Shown in pieces: positions 26,152 to 27,914 of a stretch of 27,914 bases of DNA (positions are counted from its first letter, which is position 1; each line of letters begins with the position of its first letter). This stretch comes from Trichinella spiralis. Its lineage: Eukaryota. A program made the translations under genes and the position numbers. The stretch lies in NCBI RefSeq assembly GCF_000181795.1, contig NW_003526941.1:10158493-10186406 (forward strand). The letters run 5' to 3'. The notes beneath the pieces were generated by a model. That model saw only the letters and a program-made list of their open reading frames with translations, had not been told where the DNA came from and did no database searches.

Positions 26152-27593
26152 CTGAAACAACCCAATATGAAAAATATTATTGTAATAATATTCAAATGCA
26201 GGAAGAAGCATTCTCGTATCAAGTTCATTAATAATAACTAGGTGAAAATAATAATATACAAACAGCCCAACTGGACTACCCCTGAACAATTGGTGTAAAT
26301 CAACCAGCAGGTAATAAAAAGAACTCTAATCGTAAAAATGTCACAGTGTTTTGATTAGAAAATAAAAAAATAAATAAAAAGAATAATGAAATTTCTTTAA
26401 CATCATTTTTGGCACGATAGAATTTATTACTGTCACTTAACAACATACATTGCTTGATATGTAAAAATATACTGTCATTTGTTTTTATTTATTTATTTGT
26501 TGCACATCTGGCCTATGCAAAATTGTTGTTTTATTGACAATACAATATTGTACTGATAGAATATAATAATGTTATTTTTCCTCAGAAATATTATTTAAAC
26601 TGTTGCTACTTTTACTTGCTAGTTGAATTTAAAACACACGACAAAAACCTAGTAGAAAAAAGCCATCTATCTCATTGCATTGTTATATTTACTGTTTAAA
26701 AGCGTTCAAACAAATTTTTTAGCTAGCATTAACATGACAAGTGACAGTTAGTTGTTCGGTTTGCACATTTGTTAGCCATTAAGTTACTACATTCATTATA
26801 TGGTAGTTTATAACTGTAAGTAAGAAAATTTTTAAAGCAGAGCATGAGAAAAGAGACAGATGAAAAGAGAAATTGCTTTACTAATACAACTGACATAGTG
26901 AACAAAGAAAATAATAACTCATATATGAATTACAAACTATCATTACAAATGCAAATGCAAATGGTCCACTAAGATCATTAGTATAATTGCTTATTTCCAC
27001 AGTACACTTGAAAGAAAAATAAATGAATGAACAATCAAAGCTAAACCACACAAAAAGCAGAAACAACAAGAACGCAGTTCAATGGTCAGTTGGGTTCTAT
27101 GTTTAACCGACTTCCTCTTATCTTACATTGGAATAATGCATACCAATTTCAATTAACCGCTAAATAAATTCCTCAGAAAAACAAACTATCAGCAGCACAT
27201 ATAATTAAAATGATTTATTTAATATCTGCTCAATCGACAACTGTTACTAAACATGCCGTAAAGTTGAGTGAACCACGTGTATAAAAGAAAAAATTATAGC
27301 AAAAAACATCTTTATCTCTTTCCATAGCTTAAAACAAATTTAGTGCAATTAAATAAATAAATAAAATAAAATTTTATGCAGGACAACGATTACTCTCAAA
27401 ACTAAAGCAATCCCAATCAATTCAGTCGTTCTGTGATAAAACATGGTAACTGAGAATTAAAAAAATGTCAAATAACTAGATCAGAATTTCAAAATAAATC
27501 AGTAATGAAAAATAAAAAAATTTCAATAAATAAAAAATTGTGCAACAATTCATTTAACGGAAAATAATACAAAATGAAAACCAACAAACTTAC

Positions 27594-27744
27594 CGTCAAA
27601 TGTTGAAAAGCCAGGCGCGCATGATATTGGTAGCTACTTTTGGAAAAATGCCCCGTTTCTTAAGTGGTTTTTTCTCACGATCTTCGTCCAACGTCTCATC
27701 ATCTCTAGTGCAAGTTCCATCTCTAGATTCAATGCTCGCATCGC
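27594..27744 (-). CDS. unc-62: Meis/Hth/UNC-62 exon 8, homeodomain N-terminal arm and helix 1 (GDASIES...[19 protein letters not shown][QHLT]), with a 1-nt deletion near 27606-27609
   Basis: Acceptor tctcag, donor gtaagt; diagnostic Meis homeodomain start. The length is 151 nt where the flanking phases require 152. Confidence 0.93.
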
Positions 27745-27914
27745 CTGAGAGAAAAATGAAATATTAAAATTCATCCCTTCTTCATTAAATAAATAAATTA
27801 TTACTTTTTAAAATAAAAAAGAATAAAGTAGAAAAATACAGGCAGGAACAGGAGAATAAAAGCTTTTCCAGCTTGAATGCGCGCATCTTTCGGCGAACGC
27901 ACTGTATGAAATTA

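Noticed and set aside
21030..27914. Two tandem Meis paralogs as the explanation for the exon order
   Set aside because: No exon is duplicated, and the blocks complement each other with exact splice phases. A paralog outside the window cannot be fully excluded.
1..27914. CRISPR arrays, tRNA/rRNA genes or transposase/RT ORFs
   Set aside because: None seen; the repeats are simple microsatellites in a eukaryotic context.

Overview
AT-rich eukaryotic DNA with short GT-AG introns and TTTCAG/TTTTAG-type acceptors. It looks like a nematode draft scaffold, possibly Trichinella-like (inference), made of four contigs separated by N gaps at 8842-8851, 19982-20489 and 24620-24874. Contig 1 holds a spliced Menorin/FAM151-family gene (+), an intronless secreted Cys-rich protein gene (-) and a possible decayed paralog of it. 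Contigs 2-4 hold one Meis/homothorax/unc-62 TALE homeobox gene, with nine coding exons traced here, all on the minus strand. The exon blocks are in reversed order: the MAQR start exon is at 9350-9361, exons 2-7 are at 24473-21252, and the homeobox exons are at 27744-26075. Reverse-complementing each contig in place makes the gene collinear, so a scaffold orientation artefact is the likeliest cause; real exon scrambling or trans-splicing is the alternative. The first homeobox exon also has a 1-nt frameshift, and a candidate homeodomain-less alternative exon lies next to it.
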